NCBI GenBank assembly: GCA_050290185.1
Contig: JBNKHE010000001.1
Coordinates: 674,713-738,712, forward strand
DNA: 64,000 nucleotides
From: Pontiella sp.
Lineage (GTDB): Bacteria > Verrucomicrobiota > Kiritimatiellia > Kiritimatiellales > Pontiellaceae
Direction of reading: 5' to 3'
Shown here piece after piece: positions 37,928 through 47,093 of this stretch (positions are counted from its first letter, which is position 1; the number at the start of each line of letters is the position of its first letter). Made by a program: the position numbers and the translations under genes. The notes beneath the pieces were generated by a model. That model was not told where the DNA came from. It made no database searches and worked only from the letters and a program-made list of their open reading frames with translations.

Positions 37928-38716
37928 CTAGGTTGCCGGCTTGTGTTCCCGACAGGGAAGGTACTTCCGTACGTAAGCCGAAATCTCCTCGAACGAGATG
38001 CTTTCCACCAAAGCGAAGGACAATGTGAACGGGACGGTTTCAACCAGAAAGCCAAATCCATCCTTATCGGTGCGCCCAAAGCCAAAGACCGTCATACCGC
38101 CCTTCCCGCCCATCGGCCAATAGGTGTCGACAAAGGAGTCCGGCCCATCGTAAGCCATGGCGAGACTTCGTTTTGTTTTTGGATCGCAGAATGCCACCCA
38201 TTTGGGGTCGGGGGTTGGTTCCCTGAACCTTTCCGAACACCCTCTACAAGTGCCATCCGACCAATAGACAAATTGCTTCTGCGGGTTGAATTTTCCGCCC
38301 GGAGTTCCTTCGTAAAGCAACCACACCGGCTCCGCAATCCGATGAGCAGTCATAACCGCATGGGAGGTATAGATGCTCCAGTCCACCTCCCACGCGCCGG
38401 CGGCAGCCGTTGACTTCAACGTGGCGGATGACTCTGTTTCATCCAGCAGTTCCGTTTGTCCCGTCACATAGCCCGGGTGCCCGAAGGTGTTGTAGCCCAT
38501 ATTCGGTATACCGCGATAATCGCCCCGCTCTTTCCCTTTTGGATGATAGCCGATCCAGTCGTTTCCATCCCGATCAATCAAACTGGAAAAAGCGCAGCCT
38601 TGCTTGTGATACCGATAGATAGCCCGTTCCGTCTGTATTTCAAACGACTCCTGCCCCTCATCCACCAATCCATCCCGGCATGCCACGGTCCGTTTCATCG
38701 TCTGCTCCGGATTCAT
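37928..38716 (-). CDS. Hypothetical protein (Gly/aromatic-rich)
   Basis: 262-aa ORF coupled (TAATG) to the upstream gene; no family recognised. Confidence 0.7.
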   Translation of the reverse strand: MNPEQTMKRTVACRDGLVDEGQESFEIQTERAIYRYHKQGCAFSSLIDRDGNDWIGYHPKGKERGDYRGIPNMGYNTFGHPGYVTGQTELLDETESSATLKSTAAAGAWEVDWSIYTSHAVMTAHRIAEPVWLLYEGTPGGKFNPQKQFVYWSDGTCRGCSERFREPTPDPKWVAFCDPKTKRSLAMAYDGPDSFVDTYWPMGGKGGMTVFGFGRTDKDGFGFLVETVPFTLSFALVESISFEEISAYVRKYLPCREHKPAT

Positions 38717-41001
38717 TACTGGGCGGCATCCACTCGATAGAAAAACGTGTTGCTGGACTCAACCGGAAGTTGCCAGAACACGGCATCACCGGCGTTGGTC
38801 CAGTTGACCAGATCGAATGATTTTTTCAGCTGGATCCAGAGCGTTGCCGTCCCGTTTGAAACCACATACGCTGACTGTCCCATCGCGAGGTCAACCACCG
38901 AGTTCGAAGGATACAGATCGTAGGCCGAGCCGTTATTGCGGATATAATCCACGCGCCACAGATCGCTCTGTAACGGATCCCCGCCATTGGCTACTTCGAG
39001 CCCGTCATCAAATGTGTCTCCGTCACTGTCGGAATTCACCGGGCTCGTGCCCGCATTGAACTCTTCAAGATTGGAGAGCCCGTCTGCATCGGCATCGTTC
39101 GTCGAAGCGGCATTGGTGCCATACAGCCCGTAACTGCCCGCCCAGACATCCAGCGGCGTAATTTCAATCGTTGCGGAATAGACCACGGCGTTACTGGAAG
39201 CAATCGACAGCCGGACGTACACGTTGGTGGCCGGCACCGCGTCCATCCGGTTGGTCACCGTCTCGAACCCGTTGCTCAAGGACGACGTACCCATCACGGC
39301 ATAGCCGCTGTTCGTCCAGCTTCCCGGCACCGCGTTGCTGCCCAGCTCGACCACGTAGGAAAGGTCCAACGCGGCGGCATTCGTTCGCCGGGCATGGATG
39401 TAGTCCACCCAGTTGGTTCCGCCCGCCGGCGAGACCACATAGAAAGGCGCATAGCCGCTGTCGACGGCGTTGGTCGGGTTGCCGCCCATGGCGAATTCGT
39501 AGAGGTCCGGATTACCATCGACATCCGCATCGGCCAACGCATTGGTTAAAAGCGGATCAAGACCATACCCGGCCTCCCAGCCGTCGGGCATAGCATCGCC
39601 ATCGGTGTCTGCGTCCAGAGGATCGGATAAGTAGATATTCACTTCATCTCCATCACTCAGGCCGTCTGCATCGCTATCGGCAACCAACGGATCCGTGCCA
39701 TGGGTATTGATTTCGTCGCCGTCGCTAAGCCCATCAACGTCCGTATCGGCAACCAGAGGATCGGAACCATATGTGTTCACCTCAGTGCCGTCCAAAAGGT
39801 TGTCGTCATCACTGTCGCTATCCCGAGGGTCGGTGCCGAGGCTGTATTCATTCGTATTGAGCAGACCATCGCCATCTGCATCGTCGGAGAAGGTTGCTGT
39901 GATCGACTTGTTGGTATTGATAATCAAGTTCGTACTCGATGTGGTATATCCGCCGGACAGGTCGCCGCTCCATCCCACGAATAGCCAGTTTGTCTCAGGC
40001 GTCGCAATCATAGCGAGGTTGGTACCGATCACATACCAGCCGTTGCTCACGTTGACCGAGCCGTTCCCGTCAAGTATCACCTGTAGCTCGTAATAAGTGG
40101 GAGGCAACGCTGCGACCCGAAATCCGACCTCTGCATGCTCATGGGTAGGACTGAAAGAACTGTGGCGGTATCCGGCAGACATGTGGCTCTCATTTACGTA
40201 GTAGTCGCCGCCACGAATAACCCGATTTGTATTAAGATTGTCGTTGAGAGATCCTTCGTAGGCACTTTCGCACCACTCATAGAGATTCCCGTTCATGTCA
40301 TAGGTGCCGTTTTGTTCCTGTCCCCCGAAGCCCGTCTCCCAGACATAGTTGGGCGAACTGTTCGCATAATGGACCTCCAGAGTTGGATTCCATACCCATT
40401 CGGCATAGTTCCAGCCATTCGTGGTGCCTCGCAACGGCAGGTTCTGCCCGGAGGTCGAACCATTCGCGTATACCGCATACGATCCATCATTTACCGGCTT
40501 GTAGTAGGCCGCCTTAAACCACTCGTTCTCGCTGGGCAGCACATAGACTGTGCCATAAGAAAACATGGCGGCATAGCGATCCACGGCCACTAGCGTACCG
40601 TTGGTATCGAACTGATAGGCACCTGCATAGGCATCGCCGGAGGTCAACCAGTTGGCAAACCGGGCGGCCTCATACCAGGAGACACGAGCAACGGGGGCAC
40701 CGGGGCCGACCGTGCGGGTACCATCATTCCAGTAGTCCTCGTTGCCACTGCCAATGCGGCTGTCCTCGGCTCTGGCCTTGAAAAACTGTTCGACACTAAC
40801 TTCGTACGTCCCGATGCTATAGGTATGATCGACGGAACCAAACCCGGAAGAATCCGCCAGGTTTCCGGGATTTCCGATCTCCAGGAAAGCCATGGAAAAC
40901 TGATTGGAGCCCGTACCAAACGTCGCCGCCTCTACGCTGGCAACCGCCAGCGTTACGGCGAATAGTATGGTTCCTTTCACTCTGTTCATGGTCGTTTCCA
41001 T
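38716..41001 (-). CDS. Secreted SUMF1/FGE-sulfatase-domain protein with InlB B-repeat-like and DxDxDG Ca-binding repeats
   Basis: Signal peptide; [49 protein letters not shown]; tandem DxDxDGLxDGxE repeats. Confidence 0.85.
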   Translation of the reverse strand: METTMNRVKGTILFAVTLAVASVEAATFGTGSNQFSMAFLEIGNPGNLADSSGFGSVDHTYSIGTYEVSVEQFFKARAEDSRIGSGNEDYWNDGTRTVGPGAPVARVSWYEAARFANWLTSGDAYAGAYQFDTNGTLVAVDRYAAMFSYGTVYVLPSENEWFKAAYYKPVNDGSYAVYANGSTSGQNLPLRGTTNGWNYAEWVWNPTLEVHYANSSPNYVWETGFGGQEQNGTYDMNGNLYEWCESAYEGSLNDNLNTNRVIRGGDYYVNESHMSAGYRHSSFSPTHEHAEVGFRVAALPPTYYELQVILDGNGSVNVSNGWYVIGTNLAMIATPETNWLFVGWSGDLSGGYTTSSTNLIINTNKSITATFSDDADGDGLLNTNEYSLGTDPRDSDSDDDNLLDGTEVNTYGSDPLVADTDVDGLSDGDEINTHGTDPLVADSDADGLSDGDEVNIYLSDPLDADTDGDAMPDGWEAGYGLDPLLTNALADADVDGNPDLYEFAMGGNPTNAVDSGYAPFYVVSPAGGTNWVDYIHARRTNAAALDLSYVVELGSNAVPGSWTNSGYAVMGTSSLSNGFETVTNRMDAVPATNVYVRLSIASSNAVVYSATIEITPLDVWAGSYGLYGTNAASTNDADADGLSNLEEFNAGTSPVNSDSDGDTFDDGLEVANGGDPLQSDLWRVDYIRNNGSAYDLYPSNSVVDLAMGQSAYVVSNGTATLWIQLKKSFDLVNWTNAGDAVFWQLPVESSNTFFYRVDAAQ

Positions 41002-41041
41002 AAACCAATGGGTTCCATTAGTCTATAACTTCTAAGAAACA

Positions 41042-42211
41042 TTACAATCCCAACATTTCCGGATAAAGGCCTCGCTCCGCCAGACTTTGGCGAATCTCCT
41101 CCATATACACGGAGTTCATGACGATAACGACATCGGGTTGGTAATCCTGCAGGAAGTCGGGGTCTACATACTGGATCCCGATACCCGGAATGAAGTTGCC
41201 TTTCATGTGCGGATTGATATCCACCACGTGCTCGACAACCTCCAGATCCGCAAACTGAGTCAGGAACCCAACAGATTTGGAACCTCCGCCCCAAACAACC
41301 ACTTTTTTACCTTCCGCTTTGTAGGCTTCAAGGTTCCGACGCCAATCGCCCAGCTGAGCATTGATTTTTTTCACAAACACCTTGGTTTTGGCTTTGAGTT
41401 CCTCGATCGATTCCTCCAGCGGATGGATCTTTTCCGACGGCTCACCCACCGGCCGGGCCTCGATAAAGAGATACTGGCTGTCGTATTCCAGATACATATC
41501 GAGCACTTCAAATCCCCCCTTGCGGAACAAACGGGCAAACGATCCGGGGCTGAAGTAGGAGCAGTGTTCATAGAAGATATCCCAGAAGGCCTGGATGTCC
41601 AGAATGCGCACAATACTGGGAACCTCAAAGAACAAGACCGGTTTCGAATCGCGGCATGACGAACGAACCGTTTCCATGATCCCGATGGTATCATGTATAT
41701 GCTCCATGGTGTGGCGACAGGTAATGCAGTCCGCCTCGATGTCTCCGTGTTCGCGGGAATAGAACTCCTTGATGAAACGGACATTGGGATCCTCTTCACC
41801 GCGGCCAGGCACCCAGGCCGGATCAATACCGACCCCTTTATTATCGCCAAGCTTGCTGACCAAACGGATAAAATCCCCCTTGCCGCAGCCGATCTCTACG
41901 ACCTGCTTGTTGCGAATGCCATGCTTGTCCAGGAAGCGTTCGGTGACGCCGGTGATGAACTTGACAAACGTTGGGGAGAAGCCCTGCTGGTCTTCATAAC
42001 CCTGCGTGTAATAGTCGATCGATGTATCGAACGCGCTGTTGAAGATAAATCCGCAGGAGTTGCAAAACGTAAGCACGATATCCTGACGGGGAATCGAAAG
42101 GGCCTCCTCGCGGGTCTTGATCGTCACCAAACTCTGGGTTGGCGCATTACGGATCGTGAAAAAATCCTCCAGATCCCCGCCACGACAGTTAGGACAGGCG
42201 GTGTGTTTCAT
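41042..42211 (-). CDS. NDP-sugar C-methyltransferase family (paralog 2)
   Basis: CPNC, CNSC, EIGCGKG, WDIFYEHCSYFS, WGGGSK, VDINP. Confidence 0.87.
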   Translation of the reverse strand: MKHTACPNCRGGDLEDFFTIRNAPTQSLVTIKTREEALSIPRQDIVLTFCNSCGFIFNSAFDTSIDYYTQGYEDQQGFSPTFVKFITGVTERFLDKHGIRNKQVVEIGCGKGDFIRLVSKLGDNKGVGIDPAWVPGRGEEDPNVRFIKEFYSREHGDIEADCITCRHTMEHIHDTIGIMETVRSSCRDSKPVLFFEVPSIVRILDIQAFWDIFYEHCSYFSPGSFARLFRKGGFEVLDMYLEYDSQYLFIEARPVGEPSEKIHPLEESIEELKAKTKVFVKKINAQLGDWRRNLEAYKAEGKKVVVWGGGSKSVGFLTQFADLEVVEHVVDINPHMKGNFIPGIGIQYVDPDFLQDYQPDVVIVMNSVYMEEIRQSLAERGLYPEMLGL

Positions 42212-43255
42212 CTAAATCCACTCCAGGTTGTCGTTGAGCCGCCCAAGGCTGCGATGGCGAGCCAACGTCTTCAGGCGAATGTATTGCGACTCGCGAAAGT
42301 TGGAATCGTTGAAGTTCATTTCAACCAGATTATTTCTCACCTCACGAATCGTATCTTCGAGGTTCCATACCGGCTGGTGATCCGGAGCCAGCTTCTTGTA
42401 GAGGTCAAAATTAACGCGATAGGAGCGTTTGTCCGGTACGGCGTCGGTATTCACAGTCACCTTTGCACCCGGAATCTGGACGGCAATGGCTTCGGCCAGA
42501 GGCTTGACCTGGGTATTCCATTCCGTGCAACCCGTATTGATGGCCAGAAACGCTCCTCCGTTGTCCGGCTTGCGCAACACGCCCCACTCGAAGGCCCGGG
42601 CCATATCCTTCGTGTTGATCATCGGACGCCACGGCGTACCGTCACTCAGAATGCCAATCTCCTTGTTGACGAGAGCTCCGGCGACAAAATCGTTGAGCAC
42701 CAGGTCCAGACGGAGGCGGCTGGTGAAGCCGCAAGCCGTCGCAAAACGCAGACAGGTGATGGAAAATCCTTCATCAGCGAGCGGTTCCAGATCTTTTTCT
42801 GCGGCTACCTTGGAACGGGCATAGGCCGTTAGAGGGTTGAGTTCATCGTCTTCCTTTTTCGGGAATTCGCTCGCCGCTCCGTACATACTGCAGCTGGAGG
42901 CGTAAACAAAGTTTTTCACCCCCTTGCGCTTGCACATTTCGGCCAGCCGGATGGCTGCCCGGTAGTTGACATCCATAGTGACTTCCTCGAACTGGTTGCC
43001 CATGGGATCGTTCGAAATGGCCGCCAGGTCGATCACGGCATCAACCCCGTCGAGCAACTCTTCCGGGAACTGCCGGATATCTGCAAACACCTGCCGGTTG
43101 AGCTTGAGTTCGGGAAGGAAACCCGCGTTGCTCAGACAATGTGCGAAGTATCCGATATCAACGCCGATCAGCTCGGCGTCTGGAAAGGTTTCGCGCAACC
43201 GCTCTGCCACGCTGGGACCAATGTACCCAAGATTTCCAACGATGATGATTTTCAT
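42212..43255 (-). CDS. NAD-dependent epimerase/dehydratase (extended SDR)
   Basis: GNLGYIG, LAAISNDP, ASSCSMYG, YARSK, LRFATA, SDGTPWRP. Confidence 0.9.
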   Translation of the reverse strand: MKIIIVGNLGYIGPSVAERLRETFPDAELIGVDIGYFAHCLSNAGFLPELKLNRQVFADIRQFPEELLDGVDAVIDLAAISNDPMGNQFEEVTMDVNYRAAIRLAEMCKRKGVKNFVYASSCSMYGAASEFPKKEDDELNPLTAYARSKVAAEKDLEPLADEGFSITCLRFATACGFTSRLRLDLVLNDFVAGALVNKEIGILSDGTPWRPMINTKDMARAFEWGVLRKPDNGGAFLAINTGCTEWNTQVKPLAEAIAVQIPGAKVTVNTDAVPDKRSYRVNFDLYKKLAPDHQPVWNLEDTIREVRNNLVEMNFNDSNFRESQYIRLKTLARHRSLGRLNDNLEWI

Positions 43256-44334
43256 GTAGCACTCCCGTTTGTTGTTTTATTTTTAAAATTCGACATGGCC
43301 AGCCAGCCTAGAAGACCGCCAATCAGTGCGCCAGTCAGGTTGTAAACCAGGTCCGGTGCACATGGCACCCGGTTCATGATATAGCGTTGCAGACATTCAA
43401 TCGTCAGGCTTGCGGCCCCTCCGAAGAGTAGCGGGATCACCACGGCCGCTAGTAATCTACGCTGTTCCAGACGCTCGGGAAGAAGCAGGTAGACAAAGAT
43501 CCCCAGCGGAATAAATCCCGCAATGTTAAAGAAACAGTCATCTAAGTTGCATGCGATCTCATCATGCATAACGAACAGGTTTCGATAGTGCAAAGGTCGC
43601 AATCCCATGGACCGAAGCCCGGACTTCCGCGTCACGGCATCAAAGTCATATGCCAGAACAGCCCCGGGCACCTCTTCATCCTGAGCCAGCCGCTTTGCTT
43701 CGCCGGCGGTTAGCGTACGATCATATAACGCCACGCGCCAAATATGCCCCGCCCAGCCGTCTCCGCCTGGCGGAAGATCCCCAAGCAACAGGACCTGATC
43801 CCGACCCCAGTTCTTAAAACCGCCATTCAGTTCATCCGATTCAGCCCGCAGTATTCCATCCACATAGAGCGCGGTATAGTCGCCGTCATACGTCACCACG
43901 ACGTGCTGCACCCGGTTGGTATCCAGACTCTGCGGCACAATCAGCCTGCCCCGCAATCCACCATGATCCGTCCGCGTGGTTCGCAGACGGAAATCCAAGG
44001 CGTTGCCTTCCTGCCCGAGAGAAAAATTGCGGTTCATGTTACCGCGCGCATATCCAAAGATGTTGGCGGCACCCACCTGCTTTAATGAATCCGTCTGAAG
44101 GCATGCCTCGATCGACAGCTGTCCCGTCTGCATCAGCGCTTCACGAATATGTTTTCCACCGCGACGGTCTTCCAGTGCGGCATCGCGCTGCACGTGCACT
44201 GCACCATCAGCAAAAGCGAGATCAGCCGGCGCGTATTGCAGGCCGCGGATCGGTCTAAAGGGGCGGAAGGCAAAATAGACCATCACCAACAGATAGAGGC
44301 CCGCCAATATACCAATCAGCCGCTTGTTCGTCAT
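43252..44334 (-). CDS. Membrane protein with LamG/ConA-like domain and VanZ-like domain
   Basis: N-terminal TM; HVVVTYDG..LYVDG and VALYDRTLT (LamG3); NIAGFIPLG, IECLQ..R..DLVYN (VanZ). Confidence 0.82.
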   Translation of the reverse strand: MTNKRLIGILAGLYLLVMVYFAFRPFRPIRGLQYAPADLAFADGAVHVQRDAALEDRRGGKHIREALMQTGQLSIEACLQTDSLKQVGAANIFGYARGNMNRNFSLGQEGNALDFRLRTTRTDHGGLRGRLIVPQSLDTNRVQHVVVTYDGDYTALYVDGILRAESDELNGGFKNWGRDQVLLLGDLPPGGDGWAGHIWRVALYDRTLTAGEAKRLAQDEEVPGAVLAYDFDAVTRKSGLRSMGLRPLHYRNLFVMHDEIACNLDDCFFNIAGFIPLGIFVYLLLPERLEQRRLLAAVVIPLLFGGAASLTIECLQRYIMNRVPCAPDLVYNLTGALIGGLLGWLAMSNFKNKTTNGSAT

Positions 44335-47093
44335 GGTTGCCGCACCGGTGTCTCTAATGTCCGTTGAATAATTTCGCCCATTTCTGGAATATCAAGCACA
44401 TCGGTATGGCTGCCGCCAATGGCATGCGCCTCGAAATTTCCATCGCAAAGATCCGCAAATCCGAGAAACGGATCTTCCCACCATCCCGGCAGGCCAAAAT
44501 AGCGTCCGACAACACAATCCGAACGGAAATAAAGCATGTCCCCTTTCAAACGCGAACTGCGGTGCCGTCTGACCGCTTTGACCATCGAACGCAAGCAATG
44601 CTCTGCGCGCCATTCCATTGGGATGGATTGGCCCGCCAGGTGGATCTTCAAAATCTTCCAACGTAACGGCAAAAGCTTCCATTCGCGCTTCATTTCCTTG
44701 CCCCATCGCAGCAGCCTGATCAGACCCGGAATCGCCCGGATCTTCGCGGCGTTGCCCACCGGAGGCGTATAATCGGATTCGGGCAGTTGATAGTGATCGC
44801 CCGTGTCCAGCCGGATGGCCTCGAGATCGGCTTTCATTTTATTAAACAGTTCAATATTGCGGGCGCTGTCCCATGGCTCATCCCGGCGATAGTGCCGCGA
44901 TTCCAGATTGGGTGAATCCCAGACCATCAACGGATAGATTACTTCCCGTCCCATCGTCTCCAGCTCCCGAACCAGTTCGATGGCAATCATCCCCCCGATA
45001 CAGTAGCCCCCCAACCGGACCGGACCTTCAGGGAGGAAGCGAACCAGCTCGTTGCAGTATTCCTTCGCCATCTGGCGGATATTCGCGGAGCCGGGTCGGC
45101 CATCCCACCCCGGCCACTGAAAGGCGTATACCGGTTGCCGACGGTCCATCATGTGCACAAAATCATGGTATACAAGTACGTTCCCTTGGCCTCCATGCAC
45201 CAGAAACAGCGGAGGAATGCCGGACTCTCCCTGCTGGATCATTTTCAACGACCGGAATGCCGAAAGGTCGGGGATATCGCTTTCTCCGTCGATCAACCTG
45301 GCCAACTCCGCAATGGTGGAGGCGTGGGTCAGTGTGGAAAGGGACAGATCCATTCCAAAGTGCTGCTGGATCTTCAGGAACAAAGTAACAGCGCGCAGCG
45401 AATCGCCGCCCAGCTCAAAAAAATCGGCCACACGCGGAATGCCGTCGAGCCCCAACAGTTCACTCCAAATTTCAGCAAGCCCCTCTTCGGTCGCCGATTC
45501 GTAGCGGACTTCTTCTCCGGCATACTGACTGTTTTCAATCGACGGCTTCGGCAGCGATTTGAGATCAACCTTGCCGCTTGGAGCATACGGAATCCGCTCG
45601 ATCTGGATCAGAAACGCCGGAACCATATAATCGGGCAGCTTGGCATCAAGATGGCAACGCAACTCCGCAAAAGACACTGAAGCCCCGTCCTGCACGGTGT
45701 AATATGCCGCCAGTTGCTGCGCACCATCCGAACCGACAAAGGCATGCGTCAGGCATTGGCTGATGCCCGCCAGCTGTGAAGCGGCATTGTTGATTTCGCC
45801 CGGCTCGATCCGATGCCCGAGTATCTTGACCTGATGATCCCGCCGTCCATGGAAAAGGATACTTCCGTCCGGAGCATAGGAGGCCAGATCTCCCGTTTTA
45901 TAGAGTATGGGGCGCTCCGGGACTTCGAATGGATTGAGATGAAACGCCTGCTTCGTGAGGTCATCGCGTCCAATGTAGCCATGCGCCAGGTTGCGCCCGG
46001 CCAAATAGAGCTCGCCGGTTTCACCGTCGGCAACGGGTTGCATGCATTCATCGAGGATGCAGGTTCCACAGTTCTTGAGCGGCGTTCCGATAGAAGGGAG
46101 ATCGGGCCAGCGTGAAGGATCGCCTTCCAGAAGATACGCCGTGATGACGTGCGTTTCCGAGGGCCCGTATTGATTATCCAAAGAAGAGCCTTCAACCTTC
46201 CGGAAAAACGTTCTGACCGTGTCGTCGACCCGGAGTTGTTCTCCGGCGGTGATTACCTCTTTAAGCGAGCGTGGATAGATGCCGATCATATGGGCAGCCT
46301 CAATCATGCTACGCATGGCGACATAAGGAAGGAAGAGCCGCTCCAGCCGTTGCCCGACCAGATAGTCCAGCAGCTTACGCGGATCTTTACGGTCATCATT
46401 GGTAATCAGGTGCAACACTCCGCCCGAGGCAAGCGTCGTGGCAATTTCCTGGAAGGAAACATCAAAGCTGATACTTGAATACTGGAGCACCCGCGCAGAC
46501 GGTTTGAAGGTTGTGCGTTCCAGCTGCCATTCAATCAGGTTGGCCAGCGCCCGGTGCGGCATGGCAATTCCCTTCGGCCGGCCGGTGGAGCCGGAGGTGA
46601 AGATCACGTAGGCCACGGTCTCGGGATCGATCTCGATCCCAACCGGATCCGCAGGTTCGCCAGGCAGGCACTTTTCAAGATCCTCCCAAACGAAAACCGT
46701 TCCATTTTCGTCGTCAAACATTTCAGCATGACTACGATGCGACAGAATACAGCGCAACCCGGCATCTTCCTGCATCATGGCCAGCCGCTCCGCCGGATAG
46801 GCCGGATCGAGGGGCACATAGGCGGCACCAACCTTGAGAATTCCCAATAGGGACGCAACCATTTCAATGGAGCGGTCCAGACATATTCCGACGCAATCAC
46901 CCGGCTGGACACCGGCATGCAACAGGTAATGAGCAATCTGGTTGGATTGGCAATCCAGCTCGCCATAGGTTAGCGACCGGCTACCGAAAACCAGAGCCGG
47001 CTGCGAAGAGTGGACGGCCATGGCGACATCGATCCATTCCACCACGGTGGCATGGAGCATCGGTTCATCGGGAAGTGGAAGTAGATGATTCAT
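44331..47093 (-). CDS. Stand-alone NRPS-like A-T-TE protein without a C domain
   Basis: LTYGEL, YVIFTSGSTGRPKG, FDVS, YGPSE, YKTGD, RIEPGEI, LPDYMVP, GKVD; T motif FFELGGDSL; TE motifs HGGQG, GYCIG, GSH. Confidence 0.93.
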   Translation of the reverse strand: MNHLLPLPDEPMLHATVVEWIDVAMAVHSSQPALVFGSRSLTYGELDCQSNQIAHYLLHAGVQPGDCVGICLDRSIEMVASLLGILKVGAAYVPLDPAYPAERLAMMQEDAGLRCILSHRSHAEMFDDENGTVFVWEDLEKCLPGEPADPVGIEIDPETVAYVIFTSGSTGRPKGIAMPHRALANLIEWQLERTTFKPSARVLQYSSISFDVSFQEIATTLASGGVLHLITNDDRKDPRKLLDYLVGQRLERLFLPYVAMRSMIEAAHMIGIYPRSLKEVITAGEQLRVDDTVRTFFRKVEGSSLDNQYGPSETHVITAYLLEGDPSRWPDLPSIGTPLKNCGTCILDECMQPVADGETGELYLAGRNLAHGYIGRDDLTKQAFHLNPFEVPERPILYKTGDLASYAPDGSILFHGRRDHQVKILGHRIEPGEINNAASQLAGISQCLTHAFVGSDGAQQLAAYYTVQDGASVSFAELRCHLDAKLPDYMVPAFLIQIERIPYAPSGKVDLKSLPKPSIENSQYAGEEVRYESATEEGLAEIWSELLGLDGIPRVADFFELGGDSLRAVTLFLKIQQHFGMDLSLSTLTHASTIAELARLIDGESDIPDLSAFRSLKMIQQGESGIPPLFLVHGGQGNVLVYHDFVHMMDRRQPVYAFQWPGWDGRPGSANIRQMAKEYCNELVRFLPEGPVRLGGYCIGGMIAIELVRELETMGREVIYPLMVWDSPNLESRHYRRDEPWDSARNIELFNKMKADLEAIRLDTGDHYQLPESDYTPPVGNAAKIRAIPGLIRLLRWGKEMKREWKLLPLRWKILKIHLAGQSIPMEWRAEHCLRSMVKAVRRHRSSRLKGDMLYFRSDCVVGRYFGLPGWWEDPFLGFADLCDGNFEAHAIGGSHTDVLDIPEMGEIIQRTLETPVRQP

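Noticed and set aside
39590..39900. Tandem DNA repeats of about 69 nt
   Set aside because: Explained as coding DxDxDG calcium-binding protein repeats, not a non-coding array
38716..41001. Diversity-generating retroelement target (FGE/CLec fold)
   Set aside because: No reverse transcriptase and no TR/VR repeat pair seen; the FGE domain is N-terminal
44331..47093. Quinone/furanone synthetase-type A-T-TE (alpha-keto acid dimerising)
   Set aside because: Asp235 (FDVS) is retained and the code is proline-like, which indicates an amino-acid substrate
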